The notes under the pieces were generated by a model. It worked only from the letters and a program-made list of their open reading frames with translations, did no database searches and had not been told where the DNA came from. The position numbers and the translations under genes are program-made. A stretch of DNA of 64,000 nt from Flavobacteriales bacterium (lineage in GTDB: Bacteria; Bacteroidota; Bacteroidia; Flavobacteriales_F; PHOS-HE28), in contig JAGFIV010000036.1 of assembly GCA_024103275.1 (NCBI GenBank), positions 6,279-70,278 of the forward strand. Reading direction: 5' to 3'. Shown piece after piece: positions 55,401 through 64,000 of this stretch (position 1 is its first letter; each line of letters starts with the position of its first letter).

Positions 55401-55793
55401 TCAGAACAGGTCCTTCACCTCGATGAAGTGGAAATCCATCGGGAACAGGCTTTGGTAATCCTTGCCGGTTTCAGCCATCTCCTCATCACCGGTCTCATAG
55501 TGCCAATTCACCTCGACCCGCCTGCCATTGTCGTTCGCGCTGGAAAGGCGCTCGAAGATGTGGAAGAAGTGCTTGCTGCTGCTGGTGTCCATGTAATCCA
55601 GGCGCAAGTTCACCGTGGTCCGCTCCCGCGGCTGCTTAAGGTACTCGTCGATCCACCGGTATACGCGGCCGTAAAACACCTCGCTGTTGGCCGGAAGGGA
55701 GCGGCCCGTGAAGTCGATCCGGCCGTGCTCCATGTCCAACTCAACTTCCGGGGAAGTGTCGGTACGGCCGATATGGAATTGTTTGAGCGACAT
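55401..55793 (-). CDS. DUF1987 (SiaC-like) domain protein
   Basis: Start at MSLKQFHIGRTDTSPEVELDMEHGRIDFTGRSLPANSEVFYGRVYRWIDEY, the DUF1987 consensus. The upstream 100 codons of the long ORF are Pro/Arg-rich and were excluded. Confidence 0.75.
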   Translation of the reverse strand: MSLKQFHIGRTDTSPEVELDMEHGRIDFTGRSLPANSEVFYGRVYRWIDEYLKQPRERTTVNLRLDYMDTSSSKHFFHIFERLSSANDNGRRVEVNWHYETGDEEMAETGKDYQSLFPMDFHFIEVKDLF

Positions 55794-55936
55794 ATTCGCC
55801 TCCGCTTGGGCCAAGGTGCGGATTACCGTGCAGGCGTCCTCGTCGGGCAACGGCATACTGTCAACAGCCCCTCGTTGATAGCAGGGCCGCGGCGCTGCGC
55901 CGGACAACACGCCAGGTGAAGGCGGAGGGGGTGGCC

Positions 55937-56347
55937 TTACCGCTCTTGGTAGGCGCTGGCGATCTGGCCGTCCGTCGGCAGCACGATCTCGGTATCGGTA
56001 GCGCGACGGGCCCAATACATGTACTTGCCCGTGCCCCGGCATGCGTATGCGGAGAGCGTATCGCCTGCCGCCAACGCTTTTACCGGAAAGGAACGCCACG
56101 TGCCATTGCTTTCCTCCAGCGCCACCTTCACCTCCAGGATCTCATCGCAGATGTTGCGCAACTGCACTTGGTAAACGCTGCTGTAATCCCGCTTAAATCC
56201 CGTGTAGATCTCGCACTTCTCACAGGGTTGCCCCCAGCTGCTGGCGGCTTTGACCAGGCAGTCCGCGTAGGTCTGGTCCTGGGCTGCGAGCGGGAGTCCC
56301 AGAAGGGCTGCAATGGCGGAGACAAGTACCGTACGGATCATTTGCAT
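55937..56347 (-). CDS. Hypothetical secreted Cys-containing protein
   Basis: Signal peptide MQMIRTVLVSAIAALLGLPLAAQ. 136 aa with 6 Cys. No motif. Confidence 0.5.
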   Translation of the reverse strand: MQMIRTVLVSAIAALLGLPLAAQDQTYADCLVKAASSWGQPCEKCEIYTGFKRDYSSVYQVQLRNICDEILEVKVALEESNGTWRSFPVKALAAGDTLSAYACRGTGKYMYWARRATDTEIVLPTDGQIASAYQER

Positions 56348-56883
56348 CGGTTGTTCAAGAGGATGATCTTGGCCTCGGAGTTGCCCAGTTTGCGGCTGGC
56401 ATGCCAGTCATCGCACGCCCCCTTATGGTCCCCCAGTGCCTTCTTGGCCCAGCCACGGTTGTTGTATGCTTCCTGGTTCTTCGGGTCCAGTTCCAGCACC
56501 CTGTTGAAGTCGGCGATGGCCAATTCCTGTTTGCCCCACTTGCCATAGGCGCTTCCCCGGCTTGTAAACGCCCATAGGTGATCGGGCTTTTGCCGGATCA
56601 CGGCGGTGAAGTCATCCACGGCCTGTGCATACTCCCGTTGAAGGCTGTGGCAAAAGCCGCGTTGCAGATAAGCGTTCAGGTGCCCGGGTTCCAGTTCCAA
56701 TACTTCGCTGAACAGGCCGATCGCCTTTTCATATGCACCGTTGTTGTACGCCTTCACTCCCTCATCGAACCGCACCTTGGCCAGCGCCGCGGCATCGGTG
56801 GCCGGATCTTGGGCCTGGGCCAGGATGGATGTTAGGCAAAGCAGCCCGATGAGCAGTTCACTTTTCATGGCGGGAAGGTTCAA
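56338..56883 (-). CDS. Tetratricopeptide repeat protein (secreted)
   Basis: Signal peptide. Three or four TPR units: AYNNGAYEKAIGLFSEVLELEPGHLNAYLQRGFCHS, EYAQAVDDFTAVIRQKPDHLWAFTSRGSAY, and ELAIADFNRVLELDPKNQEAYNNRGWAK. Confidence 0.8.
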   Translation of the reverse strand: MNLPAMKSELLIGLLCLTSILAQAQDPATDAAALAKVRFDEGVKAYNNGAYEKAIGLFSEVLELEPGHLNAYLQRGFCHSLQREYAQAVDDFTAVIRQKPDHLWAFTSRGSAYGKWGKQELAIADFNRVLELDPKNQEAYNNRGWAKKALGDHKGACDDWHASRKLGNSEAKIILLNNRCK

Positions 56884-57112
56884 CGCGCGCTGGTATCAAT
56901 GGGTTTCAGAAGGGGTGGGATGTGAAGGGGTGCGAAACCTTTTCACATCCCGGACGTAGCATGTTTCAAATCAGCACGATCATGCACAAGCCGAATAACA
57001 CAGTCGCCATCCGGACCTTGATCATGGCCGGGGTACTTGCCATTGGGTTGGTCGCGGCCATGTTGGCCAAGGGATTGATCAGTACGTCCGTATTCACATC
57101 CTGACACCCGGA

Positions 57113-58177
57113 ATGTCCTTCACCCCGCGCGTCCGGTGCTTCCGTGCCGGGTTGCTGCTGCTTGCCATGGCGGCATCTTGCTGGGCCATGGCCCAAGGCC
57201 GGTTTACCATCAACGGGAAACTGAGGGTCGAAGGGGGATCAATGACGGGCAGCCGCATGGTGGTCTATAAGAACGGGGAGAAGCACCGGACCATTTCCTC
57301 CGACCTGAACCGGTTCTCGCTGGAGCTGGACTTGGATGCGAGCTATGTCCTGTCGTTCGAGAAGGACGGTTTCGTGACCAAGAAACTGTTGTTCAACACC
57401 CAGGTGCCGGCCGCGGCCCGTTCATCCACGTTCAGCGCATTCGATTTCGTGGTCTCGCTCTTCAAGCAATATGATGGCGTGAACATCGTGGTGTTCAACC
57501 AACCGGTCGGGATGATCCGGTACAGCGCGGCGTTGGGTGATTTTGATTACGACACCGACTATACCAAGAGCATCCAGAGCGCCTTGGAGGCCGCCCAGGC
57601 GGAGACATTGCAAAAGCAAAAGGAGGAAGCGCGCAAGGAAGCGGAGGCCAAGAAGCGCGAGGAACAGGAGGCCAAGGCGCAGGCAAGGGCCGCGAAGGCC
57701 CTCCAGGCCCAGGAAGAGAAAAAGGCCCCGCCTGCCCTGATGAAGAAGGAGGCGGCACCGCCTGCGCCCGCCCCGCCGGTCGTTGCCGAAGGCGCCCCGC
57801 CGAAGGAACGCCATGCGCCGTTGGCCGCTGGAACGGTGCGCAAGGCTGCCCTGGTGGGCACCCCGGTCCAAGGAGCCGATACCCGCAGGACCGCCTCGCC
57901 GCAGATGGGACAGGATCCCTCGCCGGTACAGATGGCACGTGTACGCATGGAGGAAGAGCCGCGGCCGCAAAGGGAACCGGCCATCACCCCGGTGGTCCGT
58001 CATCAGGATGTGATCGTGCAACCGAATGAGGTGGTCACGATCATCCGGGTGGAGAATGGGGAACTGGTCACCGAATATCGTCGTGTGTCGCGCAAGTACA
58101 GCGGCGTCTTCTATTTCAAGGACGGCAAGAGTTGTTCCCGCTTGACCTATGAGCAGGAGGCCTTGGCGGACAATTGA
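57113..58177 (+). CDS. Hypothetical secreted protein (CarboxypepD_reg-like N-term, coiled-coil, Pro/Ala-rich linker)
   Basis: Signal peptide LLLLAMAASCWAMAQ. The N-terminal domain FTINGKLRVEGGSMTGSRMVVYKNGEKHRT is followed by a KEEARKEAEAKKREEQEAKAQARAAK coiled coil. Confidence 0.55.
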   Translation: MSFTPRVRCFRAGLLLLAMAASCWAMAQGRFTINGKLRVEGGSMTGSRMVVYKNGEKHRTISSDLNRFSLELDLDASYVLSFEKDGFVTKKLLFNTQVPAAARSSTFSAFDFVVSLFKQYDGVNIVVFNQPVGMIRYSAALGDFDYDTDYTKSIQSALEAAQAETLQKQKEEARKEAEAKKREEQEAKAQARAAKALQAQEEKKAPPALMKKEAAPPAPAPPVVAEGAPPKERHAPLAAGTVRKAALVGTPVQGADTRRTASPQMGQDPSPVQMARVRMEEEPRPQREPAITPVVRHQDVIVQPNEVVTIIRVENGELVTEYRRVSRKYSGVFYFKDGKSCSRLTYEQEALADN

Positions 58178-58185
58178 CCCCGGAC

Positions 58186-59427
58186 CTACCAAGCCATTTC
58201 CAGCCTGGTGGCCAGGGCCATTCCCCTGGAACGCGACGAGACCAGGCCCACGGCATTGTCCGTGCCGACGGTAAGGGCCACTTGCTTCCCCAGTCGCGCC
58301 TCAAGACCGAGCCCCAAGCGGAAGCCGCCATAGCCGCCATAGCCCACCCCGGCCCCCAACGAAAGCGCGCGGGACAGGGCGACATGCCGAACGGCGGATA
58401 CGCAGGGCACGAAGCCGGGCGAAAACCGGTGGGCCACGGAGAGGCTGTACGCCCGGTGTTCCACATGGCCGATGCCACGCCTGGCCTTACCGAATTCAAG
58501 CCTGGCATGGACCAAGCCCGGCAAGAGCGTAACGAAGCTCCCCGGAGTGTACCCCAGGCCCAAGCTGTCTCGCAGGTTTTCCTCTTCGGGGATCAGGCCG
58601 TCCAGGTCAAGGATGGATTGCGCCGTAAATCCATCGTAGCGGATCAAGGTATCCTTCCCAATGGTCCCCGCACCGCGTCCCCAGCTGATGAATCCGATAT
58701 CCTCGGCACCCACGGTGACCACCATCTCCTGGCCTGCTGCATGGACCGGATGTCTCCAGGAAAAGGACAAGGCTGCACCGATCCCCTTCGGTTTGAACAC
58801 GGTTGAGGTATCGCTCCGCCGGTAGTTTCCGTCCAGGTCCAGTTCCACAAATCGGCCATCGGTTGCGGTGTACAGGTCGGCTTGGTTGATGACGGCTTTC
58901 CTGAGCCGGTTCCCGCCCACCAGGCTTACCGCGAGGAACGAGCCTGAGGCATGGTCCTCCACGCCGAAGCCGATCTCTTGGTAGGCGACATGCTGGAATG
59001 TGCCCGGCCCAATGGAAGCGGCACGGCCTTCAAAGGCCTTGTTGCCGCGGAACGCCAGAGCGAACGCGTCGCGGGAAAAGCGCAGGCCCAGCTGGCTCCG
59101 GTAGGCCACGTTGATGCGGGGGCGCCATTTGTCCCTTCCCAATAGCCACCGGCCCCAGGTGTAGGCCAGGTTCATGTCAAGTAGATAGCCGCCGCGGTTC
59201 GCGTTGCCAAGTGCGTCGTAGCTGCGATCCCTTACCTCACGGCTGAGGTTCCTTCCACGGTACAGGTCCAGCACCAGGTCGTTGAAGATCACATTGGAAT
59301 CAAACCCGGCGGAAGCCTCCAGCACCAGGACATGAGAGGGCGCCTTGGCGGCGATGGTGAGGCTGTCCACTTGGGCGGTCGCCATGGCGGGAAGAAGGAG
59401 GCCGATCAGCCACAAGCGGTCATTCAT
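58186..59427 (-). CDS. Hypothetical outer-membrane beta-barrel-like protein
   Basis: Signal peptide. Alternating amphipathic beta-strand pattern with Gly/Tyr-rich C-terminal strands (GAGVGYGGYGGFRLGLGLEARLG...LEMAW). Confidence 0.55.
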   Translation of the reverse strand: MNDRLWLIGLLLPAMATAQVDSLTIAAKAPSHVLVLEASAGFDSNVIFNDLVLDLYRGRNLSREVRDRSYDALGNANRGGYLLDMNLAYTWGRWLLGRDKWRPRINVAYRSQLGLRFSRDAFALAFRGNKAFEGRAASIGPGTFQHVAYQEIGFGVEDHASGSFLAVSLVGGNRLRKAVINQADLYTATDGRFVELDLDGNYRRSDTSTVFKPKGIGAALSFSWRHPVHAAGQEMVVTVGAEDIGFISWGRGAGTIGKDTLIRYDGFTAQSILDLDGLIPEEENLRDSLGLGYTPGSFVTLLPGLVHARLEFGKARRGIGHVEHRAYSLSVAHRFSPGFVPCVSAVRHVALSRALSLGAGVGYGGYGGFRLGLGLEARLGKQVALTVGTDNAVGLVSSRSRGMALATRLEMAW

Positions 59428-61033
59428 TCCCGTTCACGACCCAGTTGGCGTCCATGGTCAATTGAAGATCCATCCGGTAATCGTCCTTGATCTGCACATG
59501 GTCGGATTGGTCCGCGGTGTTGAAGACCGCCTTTACCCGCAGTTGTCCGCTTTGGTGCAGCAGGTTCATTTTATCCGCACCTATCCTGAAATCGATGCGC
59601 GCCGTGCCTGGCTGTACCACGATGCCATTGCCATCAAGCACTCCCGCGGGTACCGTGCCACCGGGGTCCAGCAAGGCCATGGTTTCCCCGGACGCATTTA
59701 CCACCTCCAACTGGACCGCCGCGCTGAAGGGGAATCCATTCTCCGCGAAGAGGTGCAGGATTCCGCTGTTCCAGGCATGGGCTTCGGCTGTCCCCGGCAG
59801 GTCGATGTCCACCAATTTGGCCAGGGTCAGGTTGGTGGCGATCAGGCGCAGCGGGATCTCCACTTCCAGGTCTACGGTGACCTTGCTGTCATGGTACAGG
59901 AAATCGTGGCCGTTGCTGATATCCCCCAAGGGGTTGATGATCAGGTCCAGTGCATAACCGATCTGGTCGGGGAGATTCTCCAGGAACTGCTCGATGTTGC
60001 TGTTCCCCTGGCCCACCGCGAAGGTGTTGGCGGCCGGGATGAACCCTGAGCCAAGGTCAACGGCCCGGTTGATGTTGAGCGGATTGCTCGTCAGGGGGGC
60101 GAACAGGTCAACCGTGGTGCCGGTCCGCGTATTGATCGACCGGATGTGGTGGATGCGGGCTTGAGCGTCCACGCCCAATCCGTTCCTGATGATCAAGCGT
60201 GCGTCCACTTGGGCCAGGTCCAAGGTGCCGGTGATATGCTTGAAAAGCTCCAGTTCCACCGTGGCAGGTTCCACTTCCATTTCCCGTGTTCCAAACGATC
60301 CGCTCGCGAATTCCGGGATGATGTCATGGTAGGTTACCCAGGCCAACAGGCTGTCCATATCGGTGATGGTAACCGCGTTTCCGTCGGGGGAGTTGGCGTA
60401 CCACAGGTGCGTGGCCAGTGCGTTGGTGGCATTGAGATCGGGTCCCCGCAGGTCGAACAGGTAGCCGTTCAGCTCCCGGGTTGTCGTAGTGACACTCGGG
60501 GAGGAGGGTGTTCCCGGAGGCAAGGCCAATTGCAATTCCAGGGTGGAACCGCCCGAGGTGGCCCCTGGCAAGGCAAAGTTGCCGATGATGTTCCCGTTCA
60601 TCATGTTGGAGATCGCAATGTCCACACGCCCGGAACGGACCGCCAGCTTGGTGAGGTGCAGATTTTGAAGATCAAAGCGGGTCACATCGTCGTTGGTGTT
60701 GAACGTGCTGCCCGGCGGAAAGCTGACCGGTCCCGGAAAAGGCAAGGCATAGGCATACAGCAGCGAGGTGTCCGGGATGGCCAGGATGGTGTCCAACGAA
60801 AGGGAGAACAGATGCAATGTGGAGAGGATGCCCACATTGCCGTTTGCATCCGTGTCCAGCAAACTATCGGGGACCAGGTCGCCGATGGTGAGCGATGTCC
60901 TTGCCAGTGGGGCCACGACATCCATGTCCCACGTGGGTTTCGGCTGGTCCTTGCGGCAGCCCATGACCAACAAGGAAAAAGCCGTAAGGACGATGGCCAA
61001 GATCCGGGGCAGGGGACGGGGCATCGGCCGCAA
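59420..61033 (-). CDS. Hypothetical lipoprotein
   Basis: Lipobox LLVMGCRKD. 537 aa and beta-rich. The stop overlaps the start of the downstream beta-barrel gene, so the two form a likely functional pair. Confidence 0.55.
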   Translation of the reverse strand: MRPMPRPLPRILAIVLTAFSLLVMGCRKDQPKPTWDMDVVAPLARTSLTIGDLVPDSLLDTDANGNVGILSTLHLFSLSLDTILAIPDTSLLYAYALPFPGPVSFPPGSTFNTNDDVTRFDLQNLHLTKLAVRSGRVDIAISNMMNGNIIGNFALPGATSGGSTLELQLALPPGTPSSPSVTTTTRELNGYLFDLRGPDLNATNALATHLWYANSPDGNAVTITDMDSLLAWVTYHDIIPEFASGSFGTREMEVEPATVELELFKHITGTLDLAQVDARLIIRNGLGVDAQARIHHIRSINTRTGTTVDLFAPLTSNPLNINRAVDLGSGFIPAANTFAVGQGNSNIEQFLENLPDQIGYALDLIINPLGDISNGHDFLYHDSKVTVDLEVEIPLRLIATNLTLAKLVDIDLPGTAEAHAWNSGILHLFAENGFPFSAAVQLEVVNASGETMALLDPGGTVPAGVLDGNGIVVQPGTARIDFRIGADKMNLLHQSGQLRVKAVFNTADQSDHVQIKDDYRMDLQLTMDANWVVNGNE

Positions 61034-61132
61034 GGTAGGATGTGCGCCGCAGTACCTATGGTATGGTGGCGTTCCCCATGTTGTATGGCGCTTGGGCCGC
61101 CATGCGTCATGGACTAAATTTGCTCCATAGGC

Positions 61133-61594
61133 ATGGAGTGGCTCATGTTGTTGTTCAAGCGTCGGATCTTGTTCCCTTGGCTATTGAGCGCGGTGGTCAT
61201 GTTCGTCATTTCCTATGTGTGGCACGGCATCACCCTGACGGACATTTCAGACCTGCGGATGGAGCTATGGCTCTATTTGCTCCTCTCGGGGCTTGCCTAT
61301 CTCGTTATCGGGCTCCTGCTCACCTTGGCGGTTCACTTTCTCTTGGCACGGGAGTGGATCATCATGAAGAATGCTTTTCCGATGAAGTCCATGTTGACCG
61401 GTGCGGGGGCAGGGGTGATTGTTTATCTGGTGATCTTGGCCTCCGGACTTTCCTTCGCCAGCCAAGGGATCCAGCATGCGGTGGTGGATCTGCTGTGGCA
61501 AATGGTGGAGCAGGGGATGGGAGGGCTGATGGTGGGACTGGGCATCGTCTATGACCTGCACCGCAATTTCATGGAGGCTGAGCGGGCCCAGTGA
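61133..61594 (+). CDS. Hypothetical membrane protein (4 TM)
   Basis: 153 aa with four hydrophobic helices. No motif. Confidence 0.5.
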   Translation: MEWLMLLFKRRILFPWLLSAVVMFVISYVWHGITLTDISDLRMELWLYLLLSGLAYLVIGLLLTLAVHFLLAREWIIMKNAFPMKSMLTGAGAGVIVYLVILASGLSFASQGIQHAVVDLLWQMVEQGMGGLMVGLGIVYDLHRNFMEAERAQ

Positions 61595-62893
61595 TCACAA
61601 ATCGTATTTATCGCCCCACACCTGCCGCAGGTAGGTGGCGAATGCCTGCTCCCTGCGGTTGTCCCCTGGCCGGTAGAATGTGGTGCCGCTCAGTTGGTCC
61701 GGCAGGAATTCCTGGTCGCTGAAGTGCCCTGGCGCATCGTGGCTGTATTGGTAGCCTTTGCCATGGCCCAGCTCCTTCATCAAGCGGGTAGGGGCATTGC
61801 GCAGATGGAGGGGTACGGCCAGGTCGCCCATGTCCCGGGCCGCCTGTTGTGCGGCCCCGATGGCCTTATAGCTGGCATTGCTCTTGGGGGCACAGGCCAG
61901 ATAGATGGCGCACTGGGAGAGGATGATGCGCCCCTCGGGCCAGCCGATCATTTGAATGGCCTGCATCGCCGTCGTCGCCATCAGCAAGGCATTGGGGTCG
62001 GCATTGCCGATGTCCTCGCTGGCAAGGATCACCATGCGTCGGGCAATGAACTTGGGATCCTCGCCTCCTTCCACCATGCGGGCCAGCCAATACACCGCTG
62101 CGTTAGGGTCGCTGCCCCGCAGGCTTTTGATGAAGGCGCTGATGATGTCATAGTGCTGTTCACCCTGTTTGTCATACCTCGCGGCCGTGGATTGCACCAC
62201 CTCTTGGACCAGTTCATTGGTGATGGTAACGGATCGGTGACCGGTACCCCCAGGTGCGCCCGACTGCCCGGCCTGCACGCACAATTCGAAGGTATTGAGC
62301 AACCTTCGCGCATCACCGCCGCTGGCCCGCATCAGGGCATCCGTCTCCTTGAGCTCAACGCTGACCTTGCGGATCTCCTCGTCCCTCTCCATGGCCCGGT
62401 GCAGCAATCCGGTGAGGTCCTCCACGCCCAGCGGCTTCAATACATAGACCTGGCACCGCGAGAGCAGGGCTCCGATAACTTCGAAGGAAGGATTCTCCGT
62501 GGTCGCACCTATCAAGGTGATCGTGCCTTTTTCCACGGCCCCTAGCAGCGAGTCCTGCTGGGCCTTGCTGAAGCGGTGGATCTCATCGATGAACAGGATG
62601 GCATTGCGTGAAAAAAGCCCCGCACCACCGGCTTTGTCGATCACCTCGCGAACGTCCTTCACTCCGCTGCTGATCGCGCTGAGCGTATGGAATGGGCGGC
62701 CCAGCTCCTTCGCCAGCAACCTGGCCAAGGTGGTTTTGCCTACGCCCGGAGGCCCCCAAAGGATCATGCTGGGCAGGATCTTGCCGGCGATGGCTTTTCG
62801 CAGGATCCCTTCCGGACCGACGAGGTGCTCCTGCCCCACGATCTCGTCCAACGACGATGGTCGCATGCGCTCGGCCAAGGGTATCGCCTCCAT
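61595..62893 (-). CDS. rarA: Replication-associated recombination protein A (AAA+ ATPase MgsA/RarA)
   Basis: Walker A ILWGPPGVGKTTLARL, Walker B ILFIDEIHRF, sensor GATTENPSF, and the C-terminal MgsA helical domain (VYWLARM...DIGNADP). Confidence 0.95.
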   Translation of the reverse strand: MEAIPLAERMRPSSLDEIVGQEHLVGPEGILRKAIAGKILPSMILWGPPGVGKTTLARLLAKELGRPFHTLSAISSGVKDVREVIDKAGGAGLFSRNAILFIDEIHRFSKAQQDSLLGAVEKGTITLIGATTENPSFEVIGALLSRCQVYVLKPLGVEDLTGLLHRAMERDEEIRKVSVELKETDALMRASGGDARRLLNTFELCVQAGQSGAPGGTGHRSVTITNELVQEVVQSTAARYDKQGEQHYDIISAFIKSLRGSDPNAAVYWLARMVEGGEDPKFIARRMVILASEDIGNADPNALLMATTAMQAIQMIGWPEGRIILSQCAIYLACAPKSNASYKAIGAAQQAARDMGDLAVPLHLRNAPTRLMKELGHGKGYQYSHDAPGHFSDQEFLPDQLSGTTFYRPGDNRREQAFATYLRQVWGDKYDL

Positions 62894-62977
62894 GAGTGCC
62901 GCGAAATTACCCCCGGGAACGACGAAGGCCCCCGCAATTTGCGGGGGCCTTCGCCATGAAAGTGTCCGTTCGCGCCT

Positions 62978-64000
62978 TTACGGCCGGTAGGCGATCTTGC
63001 CCATCGTCGGATAGCCGTTCAGGGTGATCCGGTAGAAATACAGCCCGCCCTCAAGGTCACCGGGCTTCCACTCCAGGGATTTGCGCTCGCCCTTGGCCAC
63101 CTGGCCCTCGAAGAGGGTGGCGATCTGGTGCCCCGCAAGATCCGTGATGATCACGACCGCCTTTCCGTCCATTTCGCTGGTGAAGTTGATCCGGGTGTCA
63201 TGGCGGAAGGGGTTCGGCGTCACGGACAGGCCGCTCAGGGCCACAGGGTCGCCGATGCCGGTGGATTGGGGCCTGTTGCTGATCCCCCAGCCGCAACCGG
63301 TGAGGTAGATGGTCTGGTCGCAGGTCTCCTCGTTCCCGGCCTCATCACGGAAGGTCCAGTGGCGGGTGATCGTGGTCACGTACTGTCCTGAGTAGGTGTA
63401 GTCCATGTAATTGTAGTAGTTCACGGTCGGGCAATCCTCATCCTTGCGCGTTGCCGGATAACCGATGTCCTCGGGGTCGATCGAACTGCCGCAAGGCAAG
63501 GTGACCACGGACGGGGCGCAAGAGATGATGATGGGGGCCTCGCATTCCGTCTTGCAGGCAATCATGGTGATCACCTGTGTTGCCGAGGCCGTGTTAGTGC
63601 ACCCGTCCGTTGCCGAGAACGTACGTGTGATGGTGTAGTTGCCATCCGCATCAGCAGGGGTTGACACCTCGGTGACCACCACGGAAACGTCGTCCTTGCA
63701 GTCCTCGGCCCACACGTCTTTCGGAAGGGCCGGGATCGGTCCGCAGACGATCGTAATGTCCTCCGGCACGTTCATCAGCACAGGTGCCTGGGTGTCCGTG
63801 ATCAAAATCGTTTGGTTGCAGGTCTCCTCGTTGCCATCTTCATCGCGGAATGTCCAGTGACGGGTAACGGTGGTCGTACACTCACCTGTGGAGATCATGT
63901 CCTCATAGTTGAAGTAGATCACCTCAGGGCAGTCCTTGTCCTTACGGATGACGGGCAACCCGATGGTCCACGGATCGTATGCCTCACCACACTCCACCGT
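62978..64000 (-). CDS. Partial (3' portion) secreted protein with HYR-like repeated domains and T9SS type A C-terminal sorting domain
   Basis: The C-terminus SVTPNPFRHDTRINFTSEMDGKAVVIITDLAGHQIATLFEGQVAKGERKSLEWKPGDLEGGLYFYRITLNGYPTMGKIAYRP is a Por secretion tail. Upstream are duplicated TRHWTFRDE(D/A)GNEETC(N/D)QTI modules. The 5' end lies beyond the window. Confidence 0.7.
   Translation of the reverse strand, partial: TVECGEAYDPWTIGLPVIRKDKDCPEVIYFNYEDMISTGECTTTVTRHWTFRDEDGNEETCNQTILITDTQAPVLMNVPEDITIVCGPIPALPKDVWAEDCKDDVSVVVTEVSTPADADGNYTITRTFSATDGCTNTASATQVITMIACKTECEAPIIISCAPSVVTLPCGSSIDPEDIGYPATRKDEDCPTVNYYNYMDYTYSGQYVTTITRHWTFRDEAGNEETCDQTIYLTGCGWGISNRPQSTGIGDPVALSGLSVTPNPFRHDTRINFTSEMDGKAVVIITDLAGHQIATLFEGQVAKGERKSLEWKPGDLEGGLYFYRITLNGYPTMGKIAYRP

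Overview
This is a high-GC (~65%) Bacteroidetes-type chromosomal segment. The phylum call rests on two T9SS C-terminal sorting domains (CHU_C/type B and type A), a GWxTD protein, an ORF6N protein, DUF1599 and a PNGase F-like secreted protein. Most of the window is ordinary core genome: uspA; a selU-selD selenium operon; rlmI; an AI-2E transporter; a divergent cyanophycinase/cyanophycin synthetase pair (cphB/cphA); trmD-rplS; folP; a long tpiA-prmA-plsY operon with overlapping stop/start codons that also contains two giant hypothetical proteins; clpS; tRNA-Arg(ACG); and rarA. The stand-out region is 12.7-21.9 kb, immediately downstream of cphA. It looks like an integrative island of ~7.2 kb bounded by a 52-bp direct duplication of the cphA 3' end, with putative attL at 12646-12697 and attR at 19836-19887. 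The island carries a tyrosine recombinase, an ORF6N protein, an XRE regulator, and two orphan Rhs C-terminal toxin cassettes. Each cassette keeps ~45 aa of conserved Rhs core ending in DPxG(L/M), and each is followed by a low-GC lipoprotein gene whose start overlaps the toxin stop (putative immunity). The first toxin ATG overlaps the cphA stop codon. Beyond attR lie a VapBC-like pair, an AT-rich orphan ORF, and further copies of a mosaic GC-rich hairpin repeat family that sits on or next to the 3' ends of the cassette genes (>=6 copies). This pattern looks like successive cassette accretion and is reminiscent of integron or rAID-like arrays. A 1.06-kb GC-rich segment (16620-17677) has no credible ORF but many stable hairpins; it may be a structured RNA or a decayed element. 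Every functional call is from visual motif recognition only. No database searches were run.
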